The notes under the pieces were generated by a model. It was not told where the DNA came from, did no database searches, and was given only the letters and a program-made list of their open reading frames with translations. A program made the position numbers and the translations under genes. From Poseidonia sp. (GTDB lineage Archaea > Thermoplasmatota > Poseidoniia > Poseidoniales > Poseidoniaceae), in NCBI GenBank assembly GCA_030741355.1, contig JASLVM010000002.1, positions 51,932 to 115,931 of the forward strand: a stretch of DNA of 64,000 nt. The letters are read 5' to 3'. This document shows, piece by piece, positions 26,568 to 35,338 of the stretch. Positions within the stretch are counted from its first letter, which is position 1. Every line of letters starts with the position of its first letter.

Positions 26568-29378
26568 TCAAGCCTCGACGTTCTCAACGGCGCTGGGCTC
26601 GGAAGCCAGGGTGCTCTTCTGCTCGTTGACTTGACGAGCGAGGAAGGAAACGACGTCCAAGATTTCGATGTCAGCATAGGCTTCGTCGCCCTCGAACTTG
26701 AGGCACTCAAAGTGAGAGACACACTTTGGACACGAGGTCAACATGGTCTCAGCACCGGTCGCACGAACTTCTTCCATTCGGGTGACACGGAGGGAACGAG
26801 CGTTCTCGTTGCATGACATCATGCTCGAAACACCGCAGCACATGGCGTCTTCGCCGCTGTGCTCCATCTCAACGATTTCAACGCCTTCGACGGCGTTGAT
26901 GAGTTCACGAGGTTCGTCGTAAATGCCCATTTGTCGGCCGAGTCGGCACGGGTCGTGGTAGGTGACGGTGGTGTCGTCGGTCTTGAGGTTCATGTCAAAG
27001 CCTTGCTCGATGAGGTATTCTGTGGTGTGCATGACCTTGACGTCTTCCAGTTCATAGTCACGGGCGAAGGTTCGGAAACACTCAGCACAGGACGAGACCA
27101 AGGTATCAATACCGGATTCGTTGATCTTGCGCTGATTGTACGCCTTGAGCTTCTCAAAGACTTCGTCCAAACCTTGCCACTTCTGGTCGTGGCCACAGCA
27201 CTTGAGGAAGTCTCGGCCGAGGTAGGCCACATCGGTGCCCATTTCCTCGAAGAGGGTGAACGCCGCCGTCGTGGTGTCGCCAAGGTTCATCGTTCCTTCG
27301 TTGACGTGCGAGAAGACCATTTCCTGGTCGAGGTAGTCAACGCATCCAGGATAGTAGCCCACATTGGAGGTGATGGGGTAGTCTTCCGTGGCGATGAAAT
27401 CGTCATCGGCTGCTTCCTCGGCTTCAGCGTTCAAGACCGCTTGAAGCACGGTGTGGGGAATCTCTGCTTGCGGCCCGCCAACGATGAGCGAACGGCGAAT
27501 GTCGACGTACGAGTCATAGTTCACGAGTTGCGGGCAAGCGTTGGTGCACGCCGTACAGGTCAAACAAGAATACAACGGCACACCGTCATCTTCGTTGTTC
27601 CACGAATTGTAGATGATGTTGAGTTTATCACCGCCGTTGAAGAGACGAACTGGACAGGCATCGTCGCACAGGTCGCAGCCGTAGCACTTGTTCATCTCGA
27701 ATTCGTAGCCACGGGCCATGTAGCGCAACAAGACGAACACGAGGGCTCCGAAGGTGATACAGGGAATGAACATGGCATAGGTGAGTTTTGCGTCCAATGA
27801 CTTGGGGTTTTGGTGGTACGTCGGGTTCTCAATGTAAGAGAAACTCGAGCCGCCAAGGGCCATTTCCTCACTGTTGGAGAGGTTGACCGTGTAGCCAGCC
27901 AAACCAGCAGGGGCGTTTTCGTCCCACACCAAGAGCGGTTGATAGCTGGCGATGCTGAAGGAGGTCTCGGTCGTGATGCTGTCGTTCAAGGCGAGGGCTC
28001 CACTGATCACCACATCGTAGGTGTAGTCGTAGGTGCCCACGGCCATTTCCACCGTAGCGCCTTCACAATCGGCGAAAGAAACCATCTCTTTGCCAGATGC
28101 ATCGGTCACCGTAAGCGTGGTGGCGACCATGGTTTGTGTGGACACATCGTTGATCTTTCGCTCGCTGGAGCGGAATTCGCACGTCAAGTCCGTGGTGAGG
28201 GTGGTGACCTCTTCAGGGTGGCCTTCTGGGAACAACGTGGTGTCTTCAGTGATGGTGAAAGAACCGCTCACACTGTACCCCTCGCCACCGTTGAAGGTGG
28301 TACCCGCAGCCGCAGCGTTGATGCCGTTTTCAGCATCTTGATGCCCGTTCGCATCGTTGAAGTCCGTGATGATGTAGCGGGCGGGTTGGTAAATGTTCCA
28401 ATTCAGCCACGCCGTGGTTGGTACAACACCGGTTCCTGACCAGCCTCGGTCGTCTGTGAATTCGTTCACATCGTGAACATGAACATCGGCAGGTTGTGTT
28501 CGCATGGCTTCCAATTCACCATAATCCTTGATGGTGAGCAAACCTTTGGCATCCCAGAACCCTTTGTCGTAGGTGTCGAAGGTGGCCACGGTTGCGGCCG
28601 AGGAAAGAATGAGGGCACCGACGATGAGTTGGCGGCTCTTGGCGACGGTGAAACCGGCGCCCCATGCCCGAATCAACAGACCACGACCGATAAAGTAGAC
28701 ACAAATCCACATCAACACACCGGTCATGACCCACGGTATTGCATTGAACACCTCCGCAATCCACGGTTCACGTGTTCCACAAAGGAGATCGCCGTGCGAG
28801 TCGAGTTTACAGAAATCCGATCTGTTTTTCCCGTATAATTCAAGGAAGATGTTGATGGAAAACACCGAGATGAACCAAATGTGAGCGAGGTAAACGGCAC
28901 CCGCTGCTGCAAACCATGGGTCTTCAACAGGTCGCTTCTCACGGCCACCCAAGAAAGGAGGAAGAGCGAGAATACCGACGGGAATACCGGTGAGCGCAGC
29001 GCCCCACCAAGCAGCGTTCCAAGGGAACATCGGTTGGCCGACGATATCGCCGATGAATCCGGTAGGAACCACGAACTGCGGAAGGTATTCGCCCCAACGA
29101 AGGTAACCGTACGAGAACAACACATACCAGTCAGGAAACACGAACCCTGCTTGAGCATACGGGTCGGCTGCACCGTGAAGTGGAGGCGGAATCAACCAAG
29201 CGTAGAAGAGAAGAATGGAAAGCATGGAGGCGAAAATGATGCTGTCACGCAACACTTCGTGCGGCCAAAAGCCGTGACCGGTTCGCGTTCGCTTTCGCTT
29301 TTCCTCTGCTTTCTGCAGCTGCTCTTTTTCCTCCATGTACATGGAGGCGACTCGTCCAAAATTGTCAATCAGTCCCAT
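26568..29378 (-). CDS. Fusion protein: cytochrome b C-terminal half (subunit IV-like) + extra TM helices + extracytoplasmic domain + TM + HdrD/GlcF-type Fe-S/CCG module
   Basis: Residues ~35-100 are FWPHEVLRDSIIF...PDWYVLFSYGYLRW (the PEWY motif). Residues 565-616 hold CYGCDLCDDACP and CLTCTACTNACP. The two CCG domains are YYPGC..KCCGHD..SSCAEC and YHDPC..MCCGVS..TSCPKC. Confidence 0.8.
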   Translation of the reverse strand: MGLIDNFGRVASMYMEEKEQLQKAEEKRKRTRTGHGFWPHEVLRDSIIFASMLSILLFYAWLIPPPLHGAADPYAQAGFVFPDWYVLFSYGYLRWGEYLPQFVVPTGFIGDIVGQPMFPWNAAWWGAALTGIPVGILALPPFLGGREKRPVEDPWFAAAGAVYLAHIWFISVFSINIFLELYGKNRSDFCKLDSHGDLLCGTREPWIAEVFNAIPWVMTGVLMWICVYFIGRGLLIRAWGAGFTVAKSRQLIVGALILSSAATVATFDTYDKGFWDAKGLLTIKDYGELEAMRTQPADVHVHDVNEFTDDRGWSGTGVVPTTAWLNWNIYQPARYIITDFNDANGHQDAENGINAAAAGTTFNGGEGYSVSGSFTITEDTTLFPEGHPEEVTTLTTDLTCEFRSSERKINDVSTQTMVATTLTVTDASGKEMVSFADCEGATVEMAVGTYDYTYDVVISGALALNDSITTETSFSIASYQPLLVWDENAPAGLAGYTVNLSNSEEMALGGSSFSYIENPTYHQNPKSLDAKLTYAMFIPCITFGALVFVLLRYMARGYEFEMNKCYGCDLCDDACPVRLFNGGDKLNIIYNSWNNEDDGVPLYSCLTCTACTNACPQLVNYDSYVDIRRSLIVGGPQAEIPHTVLQAVLNAEAEEAADDDFIATEDYPITSNVGYYPGCVDYLDQEMVFSHVNEGTMNLGDTTTAAFTLFEEMGTDVAYLGRDFLKCCGHDQKWQGLDEVFEKLKAYNQRKINESGIDTLVSSCAECFRTFARDYELEDVKVMHTTEYLIEQGFDMNLKTDDTTVTYHDPCRLGRQMGIYDEPRELINAVEGVEIVEMEHSGEDAMCCGVSSMMSCNENARSLRVTRMEEVRATGAETMLTSCPKCVSHFECLKFEGDEAYADIEILDVVSFLARQVNEQKSTLASEPSAVENVEA

Positions 29379-29393
29379 TTTCTTCCCTCCGTA

Positions 29394-30260
29394 TCAATGC
29401 GGCTCCGCGATACCTTGTACCCATACGATGAACAGATGTATGATGATGAGCGTGGTGACGATGACAGGGAGAATGAACACGTGAATGAAGTACATTCGAG
29501 TGACCGTCAGCGGGGTGAGTTCAGAGCCAGAGAACAGCAAGGTGGCGATGTACTTGCCAACCAAGGGACTTGAGTTGGCCAGGTTGATGCCGATGATGGC
29601 CGCACCGTAAGCTAGACTGTCCCAAGGCAGAAGGTAGCCTGAGTAGCCGAACACGATGGTGAGGGCCATCAAAGCGACACCGATGAGCCAGTTCAATTCA
29701 CGTGGGTTGCGGTAAGCACCGGTGAAGTAGACACGGCACATGTGCAAGAACACGCTCGCCACCATGAAGTGTGTCGTCCAGTGGTGAACAGCACGCAAGA
29801 TGTAGCCAAAGGGCAACTCGGTCATGATGTACTGCATGCTTGCATAAGCAGGAGAAGGATCACCTTCACCGCCGGGGACGTAGTAGATACCAAGAACCGT
29901 TCCCGTGATCACCAAGATGATGAAGGAAAGGAAGGAAATGCCACCAAGACAGTACAGAGGATACCAGTACCAAATGATGCGGAGTTTGTATTTCTCTGCG
30001 TGAGTCAACGGCATTTGTCGATGCATGTTGTAGTAGGCACCTTTGGACATGTTCCAGTAGTCCTGAAGACGGAAACGGGTGTCAAGCCAAGAGAACACCC
30101 AAAGGAACGATCGTTCAGCAACCCCCATCTTACCGGAGGATTCAACCGCTCGCAGAATGTCTCGACGAGGCATTTCTTCGTTCTCCTTGCGCAGCGTAAA
30201 GGCTACGAGCAGAACGAGGAAGGCGATGAAAAACCACAGAATCCAAAACATCGTTGTCAT
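29394..30260 (-). CDS. Cytochrome b, N-terminal di-haem half (cyt b6-like)
   Basis: Motifs seen: LRAVHHWTTHFMVASVFLHMCRVYFTGAYRNPRELNWLIGV, GYSGYLLPWD, and RMYFIHVFILPVIVTTLIIIHL. The four His haem ligands are in the canonical spacing. Confidence 0.85.
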   Translation of the reverse strand: MTTMFWILWFFIAFLVLLVAFTLRKENEEMPRRDILRAVESSGKMGVAERSFLWVFSWLDTRFRLQDYWNMSKGAYYNMHRQMPLTHAEKYKLRIIWYWYPLYCLGGISFLSFIILVITGTVLGIYYVPGGEGDPSPAYASMQYIMTELPFGYILRAVHHWTTHFMVASVFLHMCRVYFTGAYRNPRELNWLIGVALMALTIVFGYSGYLLPWDSLAYGAAIIGINLANSSPLVGKYIATLLFSGSELTPLTVTRMYFIHVFILPVIVTTLIIIHLFIVWVQGIAEPH

Positions 30261-30269
30261 GTCTACACC

Positions 30270-31115
30270 TCAATCGCAGTACGTGTACCAATCCACGTAG
30301 TCAGTCAGGCCCTCGATGACCCCGCCGTTCAGTTGAATGGGAATGATGGGGAGGCCCACAGGAGCAGGACCGCCGGCTCGGCGGATACCTGCGTAGTTGA
30401 ACGTTGCACCGTTGGAACGGTTTCGGTTGGTGTTCATCTCGAGCGCCGTCGGGTCAAAGCGAGAAGAGTGACAGATGCAGAACATCTTCGTGCCACCGTC
30501 ATCGCCACCACCGGGCGTCCAGGAGTCTTCCGTGAATGAGTTGGACACAAGTTGCCATCCGGGGATGCAGCACAAGTGAGTGCATCGGCCAAACACCATC
30601 ACGAGGTCATCGGATGGCATCAACCGAGGGTCGGCTTCGGCGAGGTCTTCGAAATGACCGACATACTTGCCGGTTTCATCGTAGCCTTCCATGAATTGGA
30701 AACGAGCCTTGCCGTTGGATTCCGGGGTGCCTGCATATTTGGAGTGAGCGACGTAGTTGACGACCACGGGGACGCCGTTCCAAACGCCAGCAGCACCGGC
30801 GGTTCCGGTCGATGAACTGGCGGCTTCAGCTTCAAAGTCGGCTTTCGTCATGGGCTGCAAGTGCTTGGCACCGTACCATGCTTCGTCTTCACGTCCTTTG
30901 GCCCAAAATTGGACGGCCAAATCACCGCCGCCGCCACCGCCAGGTGGCAAGAGGATGGCGGCAAAGCCGAGCATGCCGAGGGAGGCCGTCAGCACACCAG
31001 CAGCGGTATTGAAACCGTATCGAAGGAATTGACGACGATTGATGGAAGTGGTCGAGAGACCAAGAGCGTCATCGCCGTCGGAGGGGGCGGGTTTGAGTTC
31101 GTATTCACGCGCCAT
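30270..31115 (-). CDS. Rieske [2Fe-2S] protein with a Tat signal
   Basis: It has the twin-arginine motif INRRQFLRYG followed by a TM. The Rieske boxes are CTHLCC and CICHSS. Confidence 0.85.
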   Translation of the reverse strand: MAREYELKPAPSDGDDALGLSTTSINRRQFLRYGFNTAAGVLTASLGMLGFAAILLPPGGGGGGDLAVQFWAKGREDEAWYGAKHLQPMTKADFEAEAASSSTGTAGAAGVWNGVPVVVNYVAHSKYAGTPESNGKARFQFMEGYDETGKYVGHFEDLAEADPRLMPSDDLVMVFGRCTHLCCIPGWQLVSNSFTEDSWTPGGGDDGGTKMFCICHSSRFDPTALEMNTNRNRSNGATFNYAGIRRAGGPAPVGLPIIPIQLNGGVIEGLTDYVDWYTYCD

Positions 31116-31121
31116 GTTGCA

Positions 31122-31568
31122 TCACCACTTGTACTCCCGCCAGTCTTTCTGGTGCTCTGGAATGAATTTGTTTTGAGCATGCTTGACAATGATGGTGTCA
31201 GGCAAAATGAATTTCAAGTAAATGATGCCGATCATGATGAGCGTGGTCATGGTCATGGCCAAGTGGAATGAAAGCTGCTGTTGGTCCCATCCTTTGGCGA
31301 GACCGTAAATCATGGAGAAGCTCCAGTAGCAAATCCAAAACAAGCCCCAGGCCAAGAAAAACATGGTGAGGTAAGATGCGCCGGACGGAGCGAGGGAAGC
31401 ACTGACAATCGTTCCCGGCTCGGCGATGTTGAACACTCCGTGGTCGATTGCGCTCGACATCTCTTCCTCGGTCAATTCAGCACCCTCAAGCGCCGTTCGA
31501 GCATCGTCTACGCTGATGCTACCGTCGGCAACACCTCTGAGCAAGGTCGTGATTGTGTCGTCCATCAT
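31122..31568 (-). CDS. Small membrane protein (2-3 TM) of the Rieske/cyt b operon
   Basis: 148 aa. Its start overlaps the upstream stop (ATGATGA), and it ends 6 nt before the Rieske start. Confidence 0.5.
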   Translation of the reverse strand: MMDDTITTLLRGVADGSISVDDARTALEGAELTEEEMSSAIDHGVFNIAEPGTIVSASLAPSGASYLTMFFLAWGLFWICYWSFSMIYGLAKGWDQQQLSFHLAMTMTTLIMIGIIYLKFILPDTIIVKHAQNKFIPEHQKDWREYKW

Positions 31569-32410
31569 TGATCACCTCGGCGCATGAGTTTGTATCGCAA
31601 TCGGAGTTGGTTGCTTCGGCCTTTGTACGACGTTGAGAAACCGTAGCGAAGGAGTAAGCCGGCAAAGACCACAACGCCAATGACCGCCCCGAAGCCCAGA
31701 AGTCCGAGCCAATGCGCTCGGAGCTTTGCACCCATGTGGTGCAGGTCAACACCGTGGTGGGCAGGTTCTGGAGGACTGACGTTGCCATCACCAGCGAAGA
31801 GCGTTCTCGTACCCATGGCGGCCGAGGCTTCATCGCCTTCATTGAGGGCGAAGTTGAGTTGATTCCATCGATCCTCAACGCCTGGCACTTGGTCGCCGTT
31901 CACCGAATTTCCGACAATCCAAAAGTTAACCGTTCCAGCACCAGAGTCGGCAGGAGCGGTCCACTCGAAGACCCAGGCACGGTCTTCGTTGGCGGAAGAG
32001 GCCTCGGTGTGGGTGAGGGTCTGCTCGTCCACCGCACCGTCAATCTCCCAATTTTGTGCTACATCGCTGGCCAAGGTGCCAAGCGAGACTCGCATGGAGA
32101 AACCGGCGGTGTATGTCCCGGTAGCAGGTGGGCCGCCGATGAGTTGGAGATGAAGCGTGTAGGTTTCGCCTGCGACCCAAGCATAGGGCACGTCATCAAG
32201 AATCACCTGGACGGCGTTGTCGGCGACTTCGTTGTGGCAAAGGCAACCTGATTTGGCAACATCGTCAATGTCGACTTGGCCGGTGGAGCCTTGGTGCGAC
32301 TGAGACCCGCCAATGCCCCCGTGATAGGATGAGGCGAGGGCAGGAACGAGGAGCAAAACCCCAACCAGCGTGAGCAGGCTGGTGCGGTACGCGAGAGAAG
32401 TTTTGAGCAT
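31565..32410 (-). CDS. Secreted, C-terminally anchored protein; candidate redox partner, first gene of the operon
   Basis: It has a signal peptide (LLTLVGVLLLVPALASS), a single Cys pair followed by His (SGCLCHN), a beta-rich ~200-aa domain, a His-rich juxtamembrane segment (PAHHGVDLHHMGAKLRAHW), a TM and a basic tail. Confidence 0.5.
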   Translation of the reverse strand: MLKTSLAYRTSLLTLVGVLLLVPALASSYHGGIGGSQSHQGSTGQVDIDDVAKSGCLCHNEVADNAVQVILDDVPYAWVAGETYTLHLQLIGGPPATGTYTAGFSMRVSLGTLASDVAQNWEIDGAVDEQTLTHTEASSANEDRAWVFEWTAPADSGAGTVNFWIVGNSVNGDQVPGVEDRWNQLNFALNEGDEASAAMGTRTLFAGDGNVSPPEPAHHGVDLHHMGAKLRAHWLGLLGFGAVIGVVVFAGLLLRYGFSTSYKGRSNQLRLRYKLMRRGDQ

Positions 32411-32591
32411 AGCCTCACCCTTACGATTTAACCGACCTGTAAGGACTCCTTAAACATTGCCAGCAAATCACCACTTTAGGTGCGGCGCAGTGTAGCGTTT
32501 TTTGAGAGATTTTGGAGACCCTATCTATCACTGTTATTTCCTGCCAAAAAAAAAGAGGAAGAGTTCATGAAATCTCACCATCTCCGAAGGC

Positions 32592-32900
32592 ATGAGGACC
32601 ATGGGAAACTACACCTTCGACAACACCTACAACCTGTCCGACAACCAACTCCAACAATTGGATGAGGCCGAAGAGTTGATGCTCAAAGGAGCGCTTGGGG
32701 CAGCGGAATCCATGCTTTTGAGCATGCTGAAAGGCGACGAAGAATGCATCCCCGTTCTGTCAAATTTAGGCCACCTCTACGGCCGCCACCTCTCTGAATT
32801 TGCAACCGCCGTCGAATACTATGACCGCGTGCTCGCCCTCGAGCCCGACAACGCTTGGGCGAGGGACGCACGCCGACGCTACCTTCGCTACCTGGACTGA
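32592..32900 (+). CDS. Small TPR-repeat protein
   Basis: LSNLGHLYGRHLSEFATAVEYYDRVLALEPDNAWARDARRRY is a TPR consensus. Confidence 0.6.
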   Translation: MRTMGNYTFDNTYNLSDNQLQQLDEAEELMLKGALGAAESMLLSMLKGDEECIPVLSNLGHLYGRHLSEFATAVEYYDRVLALEPDNAWARDARRRYLRYLD

Positions 32901-32917
32901 TTTGGACACCAAAGTTC

Positions 32918-33859
32918 ATGGGGAAGCCATGCACCGTGGAGGTCATGGACCCCTCCACCATTCTGGTTGCTGGAGTGGGGGGCATTGGATGTTCTTGGGC
33001 CCAGCAAGCCCATGCAAAATGTCACGGAGGAGCCCATCTGGTGCTCATCGACGCCGACGAATCCAGTTTCAAAACCGGTGACGACATCCATGTTCTCAGG
33101 CTCGGCCACGCCTTGGACAGCGTGGGATGTGCTGCGCTCCCACCGCTGGCAGAACAACGGATGAGGGGGCTCAGCACATTGACGAATCAATTGCTTCAAA
33201 ACACGGAACTGGTCATCCTGCTCACTGGATTGGGCGGGGGTGTTGGCACGGGTGCTGCACACGAATTTGCTCGCCAAGCCCGTCAATCCGGCGCAGTGGT
33301 ATTAGCGGTCGCCGGCCTGCCTTTTGAAAGTCAACCAACGCGAATGGAAATCGCCCAAGAAGGCTTGGAACGCCTCGAGAAAACAGCCCATGTCACGGTC
33401 CGGCTCTCCCTCGATCGATTGGCTCGCCAAGCCAGAGAAAAAGGACAACTGTGGCAAATGGGAGCCGAATGGATTGAAGATTTGGTTGACGGTTTGGTTC
33501 GAACCTTGATGCGTATGGGCCTCATCAACCTCGACCTGATGGACCTCCGAGCCATTGTTGACCAAACCGGAGAGGCGACCCTGTTGGTAGGCGTGGGCCG
33601 CCCAGACGACCCGAAAGGCATCCTCGAAGCCGCCCTCAAGGCACCGCTTGCCGCCATGGACGTCGGTGGAGCAAAAGGATGTCTCATCCAAGTCGAGGGT
33701 GGATTGGGCATGACCATCGGCCAGGTTGATGCCGTCGCCGACCTGTTTACGAGTGCGTTGGATAACGATGCACAGGTCATTCTTGGAGCCCGGGTCAGCG
33801 AGGACCTGAACGATACCATCCGAGTGGTCACGCTGCTCTCTGGCATACGCCCTGCCTAA
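32918..33859 (+). CDS. Divergent FtsZ/tubulin-superfamily protein
   Basis: ILVAGVGGIGCSWA (G-box 1) and ELVILLTGLGGGVGTGAAHEFA (the tubulin signature GGGTG(S/T)G, here as GGGVGTG) are followed by VLAVAGLPFESQPTRMEIAQEGLERL, which aligns to the FtsZ pattern PFxFEGxxRxxxAxxGixxL. The first ATG is at 32918; the track start at 32855 is a TTG. Confidence 0.65.
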   Translation: MGKPCTVEVMDPSTILVAGVGGIGCSWAQQAHAKCHGGAHLVLIDADESSFKTGDDIHVLRLGHALDSVGCAALPPLAEQRMRGLSTLTNQLLQNTELVILLTGLGGGVGTGAAHEFARQARQSGAVVLAVAGLPFESQPTRMEIAQEGLERLEKTAHVTVRLSLDRLARQAREKGQLWQMGAEWIEDLVDGLVRTLMRMGLINLDLMDLRAIVDQTGEATLLVGVGRPDDPKGILEAALKAPLAAMDVGGAKGCLIQVEGGLGMTIGQVDAVADLFTSALDNDAQVILGARVSEDLNDTIRVVTLLSGIRPA

Positions 33860-35313
33860 TCGAGCAATTCGATCTCATCGTCCCACTCAACTTCGTTGGC
33901 CAGCACATCGGGTTCTTTCCATTCAACCTCTTCGCCAATGTCCTCGACGCCGTCTTCGGATTCGACCGAAACCTCAAGCGTTGGTTCAGATTCCACTTGT
34001 TGAATTGATGAAGGTTGATCCGAGGTGAGTGAAGCTTCGTTTGAGGGTTCAGGGGCGACCACCGCCTCATCGACCACCCGTTTGATGTGTTCGGCCGATT
34101 CAACATGGCCAATGGTACGGTCCAAAATGCGAGGTTGCATCCAAAGGAAGGTCAAAGCGACCACCAAGTGGCCGGCCATCATGACGTTTCGAACATCCTG
34201 CAAAACGGTGGTCAACATGGCCACGCTGCCTGCGTAGGCGTAACCAAAAGCAAGGCCCATTGGCAAAGCGTTCTTTGTGGTTACCAACTTGAGCGGGGAG
34301 CGGAAGGAACGAGAGGTGAGCCCCCATATGGCCATGAGAATGGTGAACGCCATCAGCGCCACCTCTTCTGCCACAATCAGAGCCGTAGCGGGCGTGATGA
34401 ACTGGTGGCGCCAAACGGTCAAGAGATGCCAAGTAATCATCAACTGACTCAAGAACATCCAACGGCCACCAAAGCGATGGAAATCAACCCGAGAGGAGGC
34501 CCTCAAGCGCACCTCACGAGAACGTCGCCAGGCGAGCATGAATACTGCTGAAACAATACCGAGGAAAACCAGATTACTCAGGAGGAACCCTTCCATGGTG
34601 GTGGAGGAATCAGCCAGCATTTCAAACGCATACAAGAGGACGATGGTGATCAGCATGATCACGACGAACGACGTTCCTGTTGAACGAGATGACAAACCGG
34701 GCTCTCGCTCTTTGGCATCCGGGAGTTTTGACGCTGCGATGGAACTTAACCATCGGCCGAAACCACGGCCTTGAACGATGGCCCAAATGACGAAACAAGA
34801 CGAGAGGGCCACGGGCAAGACCCCTGTCAGGTCACCGATTGCACCTTGTTCCCCGACCAAAGCGAGCAAGCAGGCAAACACCACAACGGCCATCAGGAGA
34901 GGGAAGAGACAGATGCGAAAAGAACCAAGAAGTCGTGAAAGGGCTGAACGTTCTTCATCTCCACGCTCGGGAAGTTGTATCCAACGCTGTACAGTGGTCC
35001 GAGATGCGAACAAACCGGTGAGAAAATAACCACCAGACAGAGAAAGAAAACCCAAGGCGCTGATTGTTTCAAGGTTGTTCACGGCGGCGAGTTGGAGAAC
35101 CGAGGAAAGAACGAGAATCAAGACGATGTGAGGCAGTGTTGAAACACTGAGTAAAATTCGTATGAGGGAAAACAAGGAAGCATCTTCTTGCTGAAGTTGT
35201 TCGAGATTGGTTGGTTCTGAAGACGATGCATCCAAGTCTGCGTGGTCTTCCATGATGTTTCCTGCGGGCGACCCATTTTGAGGGTATTCCTTCCAAATGA
35301 AGTCAAACATCAT
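33856..35313 (-). CDS. Large polytopic membrane protein with an acidic C-terminal tail
   Basis: At least 10 hydrophobic helices. The C-terminus is EVEWKEPDVLANEVEWDDEIELLD. The ATG pair is at 35313/35310; position 35358 is a TTG and would collide with the divergent gene. Confidence 0.55.
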   Translation of the reverse strand: MMFDFIWKEYPQNGSPAGNIMEDHADLDASSSEPTNLEQLQQEDASLFSLIRILLSVSTLPHIVLILVLSSVLQLAAVNNLETISALGFLSLSGGYFLTGLFASRTTVQRWIQLPERGDEERSALSRLLGSFRICLFPLLMAVVVFACLLALVGEQGAIGDLTGVLPVALSSCFVIWAIVQGRGFGRWLSSIAASKLPDAKEREPGLSSRSTGTSFVVIMLITIVLLYAFEMLADSSTTMEGFLLSNLVFLGIVSAVFMLAWRRSREVRLRASSRVDFHRFGGRWMFLSQLMITWHLLTVWRHQFITPATALIVAEEVALMAFTILMAIWGLTSRSFRSPLKLVTTKNALPMGLAFGYAYAGSVAMLTTVLQDVRNVMMAGHLVVALTFLWMQPRILDRTIGHVESAEHIKRVVDEAVVAPEPSNEASLTSDQPSSIQQVESEPTLEVSVESEDGVEDIGEEVEWKEPDVLANEVEWDDEIELLD

Positions 35314-35338
35314 GAAGAAGAAGCGCCCCAGACGGGGT

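Noticed and set aside
26859-28439. ORFs of 313 aa and 209 aa on the + strand
   Set aside because: They are antisense to the cyt b/HdrD-like fusion gene, whose Fe-S and CCG motifs fix the coding strand.
32541-32552. A9 homopolymer upstream of the TPR gene
   Set aside because: It sits in an ordinary divergent promoter region. A single short A-tract with no repeat or structural context is insufficient to call a regulatory element.
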